A stretch of DNA of 64,000 nt from Treponema sp. Its GTDB lineage: Bacteria; Spirochaetota; Spirochaetia; Treponematales; Treponemataceae. The stretch is from positions 43,591-107,590 of the forward strand of contig JBNMJH010000009.1 in NCBI GenBank assembly GCA_050873685.1. The letters are read 5' to 3'. Positions within the stretch are counted from its first letter, which is position 1. Each line of letters opens with the position of its first letter. The notes beneath the pieces are model-generated. The model did not search any database. It was not told the origin of the DNA and saw nothing but the letters and a program-made list of their open reading frames with translations. Made by a program: the position numbers and the translations under genes. This document shows, piece by piece, positions 8,926 through 16,649 of the stretch.

Positions 8926-9999
8926 CTATTTTTCAAGTGCCGCCGAAAGTTTTCTGTACAAATCCATGCAGCGGGCGCCAATAAATGCCAAAGCAAGCGG
9001 ATATTCGTCCGCCGACCACAAGCTTGCAAAATAGGAAACTGATTCTTTTGAAGTTTTTGCAAGAAAATCAAAATAAAGAACCAGATTTTTTGAAACAGCA
9101 TCCGTTTTTTCAGGGGAATTTTCTATTTCAGAAGATTTTGATTCAATAAAATTGAACAAAGATGAAGAAACCTGAGCCAGAACTGGAACAACAAGTTTTT
9201 TCAGCTTTGGTTCAGCCGCGCTGAAACTGCCAAGAAGAATTTCTGCGGCAGAAGGAACAGAATTCTCATTCAGAAAACGGAAAAAAACTGATGCAGCTTT
9301 GTTTCCAACAATTCCTGACACAAGAACTTTGTGCAGGTCTGAAAGCTCCAGAAAGTTTTTTACAACGGCGGAAACACGCTCCCAGCTTCGCCTGTCAGGA
9401 GTGCGCTCCAAATTCTGAAGTTCAAGGCTCTGCTCGCCGCCGTCAAGATATTCAGGATATTCTTCTATAAAAGAGCATACTCTTTTGTCAATTCCCGAAT
9501 TTTCAGCCCAGCCAAGCCAGTCTTCAACAGTAGGCGCGAATTCATAAATATTAAAGCGAGAAACAAGAGCCGGATCCAAATCCGTGAGCTGATATTCACC
9601 GCCGCTGTTGACAGCGCTGATTATGCGGCTGCCTTCAGGAAGTGATTTTCCGGCAAGCTTGCGGTTCAAGGCAAGATCCATGATTGTCTGAAGAACTTCC
9701 GGTCGCGCGCGGTTCAGCTCATCAAGAAAAAGAACCACCGGAGTGCCGTCAATAGGAAACCAGTACGGAAGCATAAAATCCGTCCGTCCGGTTTTTTCAT
9801 TTTTTTCAGGAAGCCCGATAAGGTCGCCCGGATCGCTCATCTGCCCCAGAAACAGAGTTACAACCTTGCAGTTTTTTCTGGAATAATATTCCTCCAGAAT
9901 CCGGCTTTTTCCGATTCCGTGTTTTCCAGCCAGCATAATGTTCTGCTCCGGCGGAGTATTGTCAAGAATAAAATAAAGTTGTTGAGCGTTGATTGTCAT
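8926..9999 (-). CDS. MoxR/AAA_5-family ATPase
   Basis: Walker A is LAGKHGIGKS and Walker B is VVLFLDELNRA. ALVSRF follows (sensor/arginine-finger region). The gene is 3 nt upstream of the VWA gene. Confidence 0.8.
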   Translation of the reverse strand: MTINAQQLYFILDNTPPEQNIMLAGKHGIGKSRILEEYYSRKNCKVVTLFLGQMSDPGDLIGLPEKNEKTGRTDFMLPYWFPIDGTPVVLFLDELNRARPEVLQTIMDLALNRKLAGKSLPEGSRIISAVNSGGEYQLTDLDPALVSRFNIYEFAPTVEDWLGWAENSGIDKRVCSFIEEYPEYLDGGEQSLELQNLERTPDRRSWERVSAVVKNFLELSDLHKVLVSGIVGNKAASVFFRFLNENSVPSAAEILLGSFSAAEPKLKKLVVPVLAQVSSSLFNFIESKSSEIENSPEKTDAVSKNLVLYFDFLAKTSKESVSYFASLWSADEYPLALAFIGARCMDLYRKLSAALEK

Positions 10000-10081
10000 A
10001 GAATTTCCAGGAACATTTAAAATTCAAGCCCGAAGCTCAAAACGGAACTCCAAGGCTTGAATTTCATAAAATTAAATTGTC

Positions 10082-11347
10082 TTACTCTGTAGGTCGCTTC
10101 TTAAAGCTCTTGCTTTCTTTTATAGCCTGGCCTTCACCAACCTGCTGCTCCATCATAGCGCGGACTTTCAAAGGAAGACCGAACAATGTGATAAAGCCCT
10201 GAGCGTCCTTGTGGTTGTAAAGCTCGCCAGTTGTAAACGAAGCGATTGACTCGTTGTAAAGGCTGTACTTTGAGCCTGAGCCAGCGCCGCGGATTGCGCC
10301 TTTTACAACTTTTACCTTTGCCCAGCCGGTTACAGTTTCCTCCGCTTTGTCCATGAACGCAATGCATGAGTCCATAAGAGTTGTGAACCATTTTCCGTCA
10401 TAGATAAGCTCAGCCATTTTCAAAGAAACGTGCTGCTTGAAATGGTAAGTATCACGGTCAAGGCAGATGTGGTCCATCATTCTGTGGGCAAAATAAAGAA
10501 TTGCTCCGCCTGGAGTTTCGTAAACACCGCGGCTCTTCATTCCTACACAGCGGTTTTCACAAATATCAACAAGACCAACTCCGTTTCTTCCGCCGATAAC
10601 GTTAAGCTCGTTCAGAAGCGAAAGCGCGTCCATCTTTTTTCCGTTCAAGCCGACAGGAATTCCCTTCTCAAAGTCGATTGTAACATACTCGCCTTCGTCA
10701 GAAGCTTCCTCTGGAACAGTTGTGTTCTTGAGCATATGCTTGTAGTTCGGCTCGTTCTCTGTTTTTTCAAGTTCAAGACCTTCGTGTGAAAGGTGCCAGA
10801 TATTTTCATCGCGTGAATAAGACTGGTCTTTTTTCATTGGAACTTCAAGACCGCGGTCCTCAAGGAATTTGATTTCAGCTTCACGGCTGTCCATATTCCA
10901 CTTGTCATCACGCCATGCGGCAATAACCTTGATGTCTGGAGCAAAAGCCTTGATTGCAAGCTCGAAGCGAACCTGGTCATTTCCTTTTCCTGTAGCGCCA
11001 TGGCAGATTGCAACAGCGTTTTCCTGGCGCGCATATTCAACAAGAATTTTTCCAATAAGAGGTCGGGCTGTTGAAGTTCCCAGAAGATATTCATCTTCGT
11101 AAACAGCATTCGCTTTCAAAGCAGTCCATACATACTCTTCAATATATTCTTTTTTAGCATCAACAACATAGCAGGCAGCCGCACCGGTTTTCAAGGCACG
11201 GTTCTTGATTGCATCCCAGTCGTCGCCCTGACCAACGTCAATGCAGACAGCAATTACATCATAGTCATAATTTTCTTTAAGCCAAGGAATGATAACAGTT
11301 GTATCAAGTCCGCCAGAATAAGCCAGAATAACTTTGTCTTTTGCCAT
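10082..11347 (-). CDS. argG: argininosuccinate synthase
   Basis: KVILAYSGGLDTTV is the N-type ATP pyrophosphatase motif, and length and sequence are typical. Confidence 0.9.
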   Translation of the reverse strand: MAKDKVILAYSGGLDTTVIIPWLKENYDYDVIAVCIDVGQGDDWDAIKNRALKTGAAACYVVDAKKEYIEEYVWTALKANAVYEDEYLLGTSTARPLIGKILVEYARQENAVAICHGATGKGNDQVRFELAIKAFAPDIKVIAAWRDDKWNMDSREAEIKFLEDRGLEVPMKKDQSYSRDENIWHLSHEGLELEKTENEPNYKHMLKNTTVPEEASDEGEYVTIDFEKGIPVGLNGKKMDALSLLNELNVIGGRNGVGLVDICENRCVGMKSRGVYETPGGAILYFAHRMMDHICLDRDTYHFKQHVSLKMAELIYDGKWFTTLMDSCIAFMDKAEETVTGWAKVKVVKGAIRGAGSGSKYSLYNESIASFTTGELYNHKDAQGFITLFGLPLKVRAMMEQQVGEGQAIKESKSFKKRPTE

Positions 11348-11424
11348 TTTATAGCCTCGTAAAAAATCGTTTTGTACAATTTACCACTTTCAAAATAATT
11401 TAACAATCAGAAGAAGAAAATATG

Positions 11425-11988
11425 TTATTCAATGCGGTCAAGAACTTTTTTCATGACAATTCCGTTTTCCCAGTGAAAAAGATTTGTGCAGAACGCGCCC
11501 TTTATTTCAAAGCAAGGCATAAAACCGTTTTTACTGTAGATACGCCGAGCCGCACTCCAGTTTTCATTCACAATAAGAATTTCCTCTGAAAGATTTTTCC
11601 GCTCTTTTTCAATGGAATCAAGCGCCATGCGGAAAAAAGCGCCGCCGTTTCCAGCTCCCCGGAATTCAGGAAGCACCGCAAACGAAGAAATATACAGGGC
11701 TGAACCGTCATTGCAGTGCGCAAGAGAAATATCGTGCCCCACTGAAAAAAACTCATCCGAAGAAGGAAACTGCCGCCAAAGCTCAGAACACAAATATCCG
11801 CAGATTCCGCCGCCGCCATTTTCCGCTCCGGAAAGATTTTCAGATTCAAGGACAATAAAACCTTGCGGAAAAACTTCAAGCCTTTGCAGAAAAACTCTGC
11901 GTTCTTCCCGAATCAAAAACGGAAACGACTTTTTTTCAATTTTCATTACAGAATCAATGTCTGAAAACTCCGCCCGCCTTATTTTCAT
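11425..11988 (-). CDS. GNAT-family N-acetyltransferase
   Basis: GNAT motif A is FAVLPEFRGAGNGGAFF. The start ATG (11988-11986, MKIRRAEF) overlaps the stop of the upstream small ORF in an ATGA arrangement. Confidence 0.75.
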   Translation of the reverse strand: MKIRRAEFSDIDSVMKIEKKSFPFLIREERRVFLQRLEVFPQGFIVLESENLSGAENGGGGICGYLCSELWRQFPSSDEFFSVGHDISLAHCNDGSALYISSFAVLPEFRGAGNGGAFFRMALDSIEKERKNLSEEILIVNENWSAARRIYSKNGFMPCFEIKGAFCTNLFHWENGIVMKKVLDRIE

Positions 11989-12233
11989 ATTTCTTCCGCG
12001 CCGCTCCCAGCAGAAAGACATGAAGAATTCTGTTCCGCCGGATGTGCAACCTCAAAGCCGCAGCCGCACGCCATGTTCAAATCCTTCAGCTCAACTTTTC
12101 CTTCAATGTAAAGCCCGTAGTCAATTCCGAACGAGCCAGTTCCACAGCCAACATCCCAGCCGTCACCAAGCGAATCCCGCACAATTTCCTCGCGCTCTTC
12201 CTTTGTTGTGTCTTTTATCAGAATACTTTTCAT
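11985..12233 (-). CDS. small Cys-containing protein of unknown function, translationally coupled to the GNAT gene
   Basis: The 82-aa ORF is MKSILIKDTTKEEREEIVRDSLGDGWDVGCGTGSFGIDYGLYIEGKVELKDLNMACGCG.... Its TGA (11987-11985) overlaps the GNAT ATG. A decayed second copy lies at 14656-14828. Confidence 0.5.
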   Translation of the reverse strand: MKSILIKDTTKEEREEIVRDSLGDGWDVGCGTGSFGIDYGLYIEGKVELKDLNMACGCGFEVAHPAEQNSSCLSAGSGAEEI

Positions 12234-12269
12234 AGCCTACATAATATTATAACTCAGGAATTTGGTGAA

Positions 12270-14321
12270 TCAGCGGACGGAAAAAAGATTATCTGCTTCA
12301 TTGAATGTAAACAAATATTTTCCAGACTTTGAAATGGTTACAGCAAAGTTCGTAGCTTCACCCTCTTCTGCAGAAGTCGGCACCATTTCACCCAAAGAAA
12401 CTGCTTTTCCATTCTTATTTTCCTCGCCGCTTCCGTAAGACAAATTCCAGTCGCAGTATTTGTCAAATTTGAACTGGTATGTTGCTGCCTTAAGCTCTAC
12501 AGAAACCGAAAAACTTTGGTTTTCTGAATTATATTCCATTTCATAGTAACCCCAGTTATTCATATCGCCACGCAAAAAAAGACGGTTATCAGTAAAAAGC
12601 ATTTTTTTTGAAGAATCCCCAAGATAATAAACGCGCGTTTCATAAGGGGCTATAGATTTTATTTTCAAACAACCTTTATCGATTGAAAGATTTTTTTCAT
12701 CATTAATTCCAATCAAAACCGAATAATTAGAAATATCAACAGACGAAGACTTTTCAAACCAGAATGGGTAAGAATTATTTATTAAACTTTGCACGCAAAG
12801 CAAACTGTCTGTTCCATCAGAAATTGTGTAGGCAACAACCGTATTTAATGGTTTCTCCTTTTCGTCAACAGTGCGAGTTTCCAAAAATTCAACATTGCCG
12901 TTCGCAAAAAGATTTTTATATTTATTCCGCAAAGCCAAAAGCGCTTTATTAAACTTCAAAATTGAACTAGGATTTGTTTTCTGCTTTTTCACTTCATTCC
13001 AGTCAATGGCTGTTCTGTAACGGATGTCGCCAAAGCCGTACAAAGTATCATCCTTCATTCCGATTTCCTGACCATAATAGATAAAAGGAACTGACGGACG
13101 CAAAAGAGACATTGCAGTTGCCGCCTTTATCATAGCCTCATATCCATCATAAAAAGTTCCAAGCCGGTCAATATAGTTGTCGTGATTTCCAACAAATGTT
13201 CCATAAGACTTATTTTCCGCAGGATTTTTTCTTAACGAGGAAGAAAGATATCCTGCATCTCCACAACCGACACCGTTTACAGCACCATAACCTTGGTCAA
13301 AATCAAAAACCATATTGAATTCAGGCTTTTCGTCCGTGCCAAAATATTTTTCAAGCCGAGCCCTGTCATTTGTAATCCACGCTTCGCAAACCATAAACTT
13401 TGGCGAAATCGTTTTATATTCATCAACCACATCTTTTCTAAGTTCAGCAAACCACTCGTGGGTTTCATCCGTGTCATATTTTGAATTTTCTGTTTCTATC
13501 AGATAGCGGACGGCATCAACCCTCAATCCGTCAAAACCTTTGTTCAGCCAATAGCGAACAACATTCTTCATTTCCTCACGAACTTCGTAATTCCTAAAGT
13601 TCAAATCAGGCTGACCTTCCCAAAAAGCCGCGTAATAATAATCATTTCCACTCGGATTTTTATGCCATGTATCTGCGCTTCCCATCCCCGGGTCCCATGA
13701 AAGCTCTGTGTCGCTCCACAAATACCAGTCTTTTTTTGAATTTTTATCGGCACATGAATCAGAAAACCACTCATTACCCTTTCCTGTATGGTTCGGAACA
13801 AAATCAAAAATGATTTTTATATTTTTTTCATGGCAAGCATTTATAAGACTGATTAAATCATCTTCCGTGCCGAAAAAACTGTTCACGGCGTAGTAATCTT
13901 TTACATCATAGCCGTGCATATTCTCTTTTTTAGCTTTTGACTTATAATCGCACTCAAAAATCGGTGAAAGCCAGATTCCAGAACAGCCCAAATCGTTCTG
14001 AATGTAGTCAAGATTTTTTTCAATTCCTTTAAAATCGCCGCAGTCGTCACCGTCAGAATCAGCAAAACTTTTTACCCAGATGTGATAGAACGAAGTTTCT
14101 CGCCACCAGTTATCTTTCAACCCAGCAGACTGATTTTCCGCCGCCTCTTTACTGATTTCCACATTTTTCGGACTTTTATAACTTTTATCCCCAAGATACT
14201 CAGCAAGATGCTCTGGAAAACCAGAATTTCCACCATCCGACTCTCCACCATCCTTGCAAGAACCAAGAAAAGTGCCCAGGCATAAAAATGCACAAACCAA
14301 GAAAATAAAATTCTTTTTCAT
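12270..14321 (-). CDS. GH13 alpha-amylase-family lipoprotein with C-terminal beta-sandwich (CBM-like) region
   Basis: The GH13 conserved regions are present: DFVPNHTG, GFDGLRVDAVRYL, CEAW and FVGNHDN. The signal peptide MKKNFIFLVCAFLCLGTFLGSC carries a lipobox. I set the start at ATG 14321, not the TTG at 14354. Confidence 0.85.
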   Translation of the reverse strand: MKKNFIFLVCAFLCLGTFLGSCKDGGESDGGNSGFPEHLAEYLGDKSYKSPKNVEISKEAAENQSAGLKDNWWRETSFYHIWVKSFADSDGDDCGDFKGIEKNLDYIQNDLGCSGIWLSPIFECDYKSKAKKENMHGYDVKDYYAVNSFFGTEDDLISLINACHEKNIKIIFDFVPNHTGKGNEWFSDSCADKNSKKDWYLWSDTELSWDPGMGSADTWHKNPSGNDYYYAAFWEGQPDLNFRNYEVREEMKNVVRYWLNKGFDGLRVDAVRYLIETENSKYDTDETHEWFAELRKDVVDEYKTISPKFMVCEAWITNDRARLEKYFGTDEKPEFNMVFDFDQGYGAVNGVGCGDAGYLSSSLRKNPAENKSYGTFVGNHDNYIDRLGTFYDGYEAMIKAATAMSLLRPSVPFIYYGQEIGMKDDTLYGFGDIRYRTAIDWNEVKKQKTNPSSILKFNKALLALRNKYKNLFANGNVEFLETRTVDEKEKPLNTVVAYTISDGTDSLLCVQSLINNSYPFWFEKSSSVDISNYSVLIGINDEKNLSIDKGCLKIKSIAPYETRVYYLGDSSKKMLFTDNRLFLRGDMNNWGYYEMEYNSENQSFSVSVELKAATYQFKFDKYCDWNLSYGSGEENKNGKAVSLGEMVPTSAEEGEATNFAVTISKSGKYLFTFNEADNLFSVR

Positions 14322-14340
14322 AATACGAAAAGGACTTTCG

Positions 14341-14349
14341 CCCCCCCCC
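14341..14349 (-). repeat. homopolymeric G9 tract (C9 on plus strand) 19 nt upstream of the amylase ATG
   Basis: Read directly from the sequence. It is the only G/C homopolymer of 7 or more that I noticed in the window. Confidence 0.95.
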
Positions 14350-14399
14350 GTCAAAAATATAGATACATAATACTACAATTTTATTATTTTTTCCATACC

Positions 14400-14828
14400 A
14401 AAAATCATGGCGGCTATTTGTCCGTTTACCTGCAGCAAACAGCCAAAACCAGGCTATCCGCCCTTCCGGCATTCGCCTTCATTCCTGCGCTACGCTCCGG
14501 AACGCCTTTACAGGCGGGGCTCCTATCCTTGCCGCAAAAAAATACAGCGGAAAGTTTCTGTGTTTTTCTCTTATACAAAACGGAAAAGATTTTTTTTCAA
14601 TTTCCATAACAGAATCTATGCTAGAAAGATTCGCCTGCATTATTCAAATATTTCTTCAGCACCACTGTACAAGCAACCTCAAATCCTTCAGTTCAACTTT
14701 TCCACCAATGTAAAGTCCATAATCAATCATAAGAGAACCTGTTTCATAGCCCACCCATAGCCAAGTAATTACCAAACAATTTTCGCCAGAACTTCTCCAG
14801 CGATGTCTTTTATAAAAATATTTTTCAT
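14400..14828 (-). pseudogene. decayed duplicate of the small-ORF/GNAT pair
   Basis: Hand alignment of 14575-14828 to 11925-12233. The copy starts MKNIFIKDIAGEVLAKIVW then hits a stop. A shifted frame gives TWLWVGYETGSLMIDYGLYIGGKVELKDL (compare WDVGCGTGSFGIDYGLYIEGKVELKDL). A GNAT head fragment follows, MEIEKKSFPFCIRE (compare MKIEKKSFPFLIRE), with internal deletions. Confidence 0.7.
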
Positions 14829-14895
14829 AAATTATACAATTTTGAAAGATGGAAAGTTGTTGAATCAGAGAATGATAAAAAACAAATTCTTTCAA

Positions 14896-15678
14896 TTACC
14901 AGTTATCATAGTCATCATCATAGTCATCGTCGTACCAGTCCGACATTTCAGCATCATTTTGAGCTTTTCGTTGAGCCTCGAGAATATCAAAAGAAGCGTT
15001 TGCAGCCTCCGCAAACAATGACAAACAAACCGGACAAATAAATATTTTTTTTGAAAAATTAAAACCTAACTCAGAATAACAAATGTTGTTTTTATTTTCA
15101 TCAACATCATCAAGTTTTACTTTTTTAACTTTTGCAATAGGTGATGCAATCACTCTATTATATTCCGCCGGCTTCCTTTTCAATTTCTGCAATTCATTAT
15201 CTAACCTGGTAGGAGTTATTTCTTTTTCAATGAAAAATGTCTTTATTCCCTCAAGTTTTTGCTTCCGTTGCAAAAGTTGATTTCTTTTTATCTCATTTTG
15301 TCGCAGTTCATTGCAATACCGACTTTCTATTGGCTCCAATAAATAAAATTCTATAACTTCATTAACAGTTTTGCAGTTTCTTTTTCCATATTTCATACAA
15401 TAATCCAAAACAATATTCAGATTTGGTTCAAGTTTTATGAAATTATCTTTATTTTCCAAAACAGCATTTAAAGTCATTTCTGAATACACTTTTGGAATAC
15501 TCTTCACTTTTTCCATTGAAATATCTGAAAAACCAAGTTTTTCTTTTGTAATTTCTATAATTGAATCTTCAATTTTTTTGCAATCCAATAATTTTTGGTC
15601 AATTATTTTTAATAATTCATTTTTCTGAGCAAGAAAAAAATCTTCTGTATTTTTACAAAACCAGCAATGTTTAGCCAT
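14896..15678 (-). CDS. hypothetical protein with terminal CxxC pairs, coiled-coil middle and acidic aromatic tail
   Basis: The start MAKHCWFCKN (cat 15676-15678) is preceded by AAGGAG. The C-terminal part reads CPVCLS and the protein ends in DWYDDDYDDDYDNW. The sequence is visibly AT-rich. Confidence 0.55.
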   Translation of the reverse strand: MAKHCWFCKNTEDFFLAQKNELLKIIDQKLLDCKKIEDSIIEITKEKLGFSDISMEKVKSIPKVYSEMTLNAVLENKDNFIKLEPNLNIVLDYCMKYGKRNCKTVNEVIEFYLLEPIESRYCNELRQNEIKRNQLLQRKQKLEGIKTFFIEKEITPTRLDNELQKLKRKPAEYNRVIASPIAKVKKVKLDDVDENKNNICYSELGFNFSKKIFICPVCLSLFAEAANASFDILEAQRKAQNDAEMSDWYDDDYDDDYDNW

Positions 15679-15790
15679 ATTTCGCTCCTTCAACCATATT
15701 TCAAATAAACATAACAATACAATAAAAAATCATAACCAGAAATCAGAAAATATTCGACATATCAAATAAAAAAAATGCTTCAAAATTATT

Positions 15791-16480
15791 TTATAAACTA
15801 TCAAAATATTCCATAACCCGTATAAAAGAATGTATAGTTCTTTTCAGATATTCTTTATGATATTCATTTTCATGAACAGCATAATTTCCCTCTTTTCTAA
15901 GATTATCCATGTCATTTAAAACTTTCCAATCTAATTTTTCAATTTTTAATCTAAACAATGCTTTAGATAAGCAAAAATTTGTTTCCAATGATTGAAAAAC
16001 ATCTTGAAAATGCGCTTTTAACTCTTTTTCCATAATTGTTCGAAAATTAACCAACGCTCCAACAGGCTCTGAATCAATCCTCGTTAAAGCTGATATTCCT
16101 AAATATCTATTTTCATCCATTATATTTAAGAATTTATGTATATCATGAAAAGAATTCCATTGCAATGAATAAAAATCATCATAGCTTTTTGCAACATAAC
16201 CAGATGAATATGATTTTACTCTTTCAATTGAAAATTCTGAAACCTTCTTCCAATGTGGCACTGGAAATAATTCTCTTGCTTTTTCAAAATTTAACAAAGC
16301 TTCATCATAAGAACTAAGAATTTCACACGCCTCACCTTTCTCATAATAAATCATTCCATCATCCCCATATTTTGATAATAGCGGTTTAAAATCCAATGCT
16401 GATAAATCTCTTTTTAAAATCATCAACTTATTTGCTTCTACTGCTTCTTTCCATATTTCGCGCCACACAGACATACACAC
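15791..16480 (-). CDS. hypothetical protein with C-terminal DUF4145-like domain
   Basis: The C-terminal half (RTIMEKELKAHF...KIEKL...LNDMDNLRKEGNYAVHENE...YLKRTIHSFIRVMEYF) fits the DUF4145 pattern LRxxGNxxxH as I recall it. The sequence is visibly AT-rich. Confidence 0.5.
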   Translation of the reverse strand: MCMSVWREIWKEAVEANKLMILKRDLSALDFKPLLSKYGDDGMIYYEKGEACEILSSYDEALLNFEKARELFPVPHWKKVSEFSIERVKSYSSGYVAKSYDDFYSLQWNSFHDIHKFLNIMDENRYLGISALTRIDSEPVGALVNFRTIMEKELKAHFQDVFQSLETNFCLSKALFRLKIEKLDWKVLNDMDNLRKEGNYAVHENEYHKEYLKRTIHSFIRVMEYFDSL

Positions 16481-16580
16481 CTCTCTTACCTATATCAAAG
16501 CTCTGTTAAAAATATTTATCACTTTTCATATTTTACTACAACTTCCCAATATTTTCTTATTCACTTACCTACATCAAGTT

Positions 16581-16615
16581 AAAAAACAAAAGCTGGTAGA
16601 CAAAAATCCACCAGC
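16581..16615 (-). terminator. probable terminator after the GGGtGRT gene
   Basis: The stem is gctggt(a)g / c(c)accagc. On the minus strand it is followed by TTTGTTTTTT. Confidence 0.45.
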
Positions 16616-16649
16616 CTTAAAATTCAACTTACCGTTTTTTTTACAAACC

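Noticed and set aside
9999-10082. Hairpin ttcaagcc...ggcttgaa between argG and the AAA gene, as a terminator.
   Set aside because: The 8-bp stem encloses a 23-nt loop and is followed by only a weak T-run on the minus strand. It is too uncertain to list as a feature.
14352-14354. TTG start for the amylase lipoprotein, which would place the G9 tract inside the coding sequence.
   Set aside because: The ATG at 14321 gives a canonical MKK... lipoprotein signal. The TTG extension adds MTGGGESPFRI with no benefit. It is kept only as an alternative in the G-tract finding.
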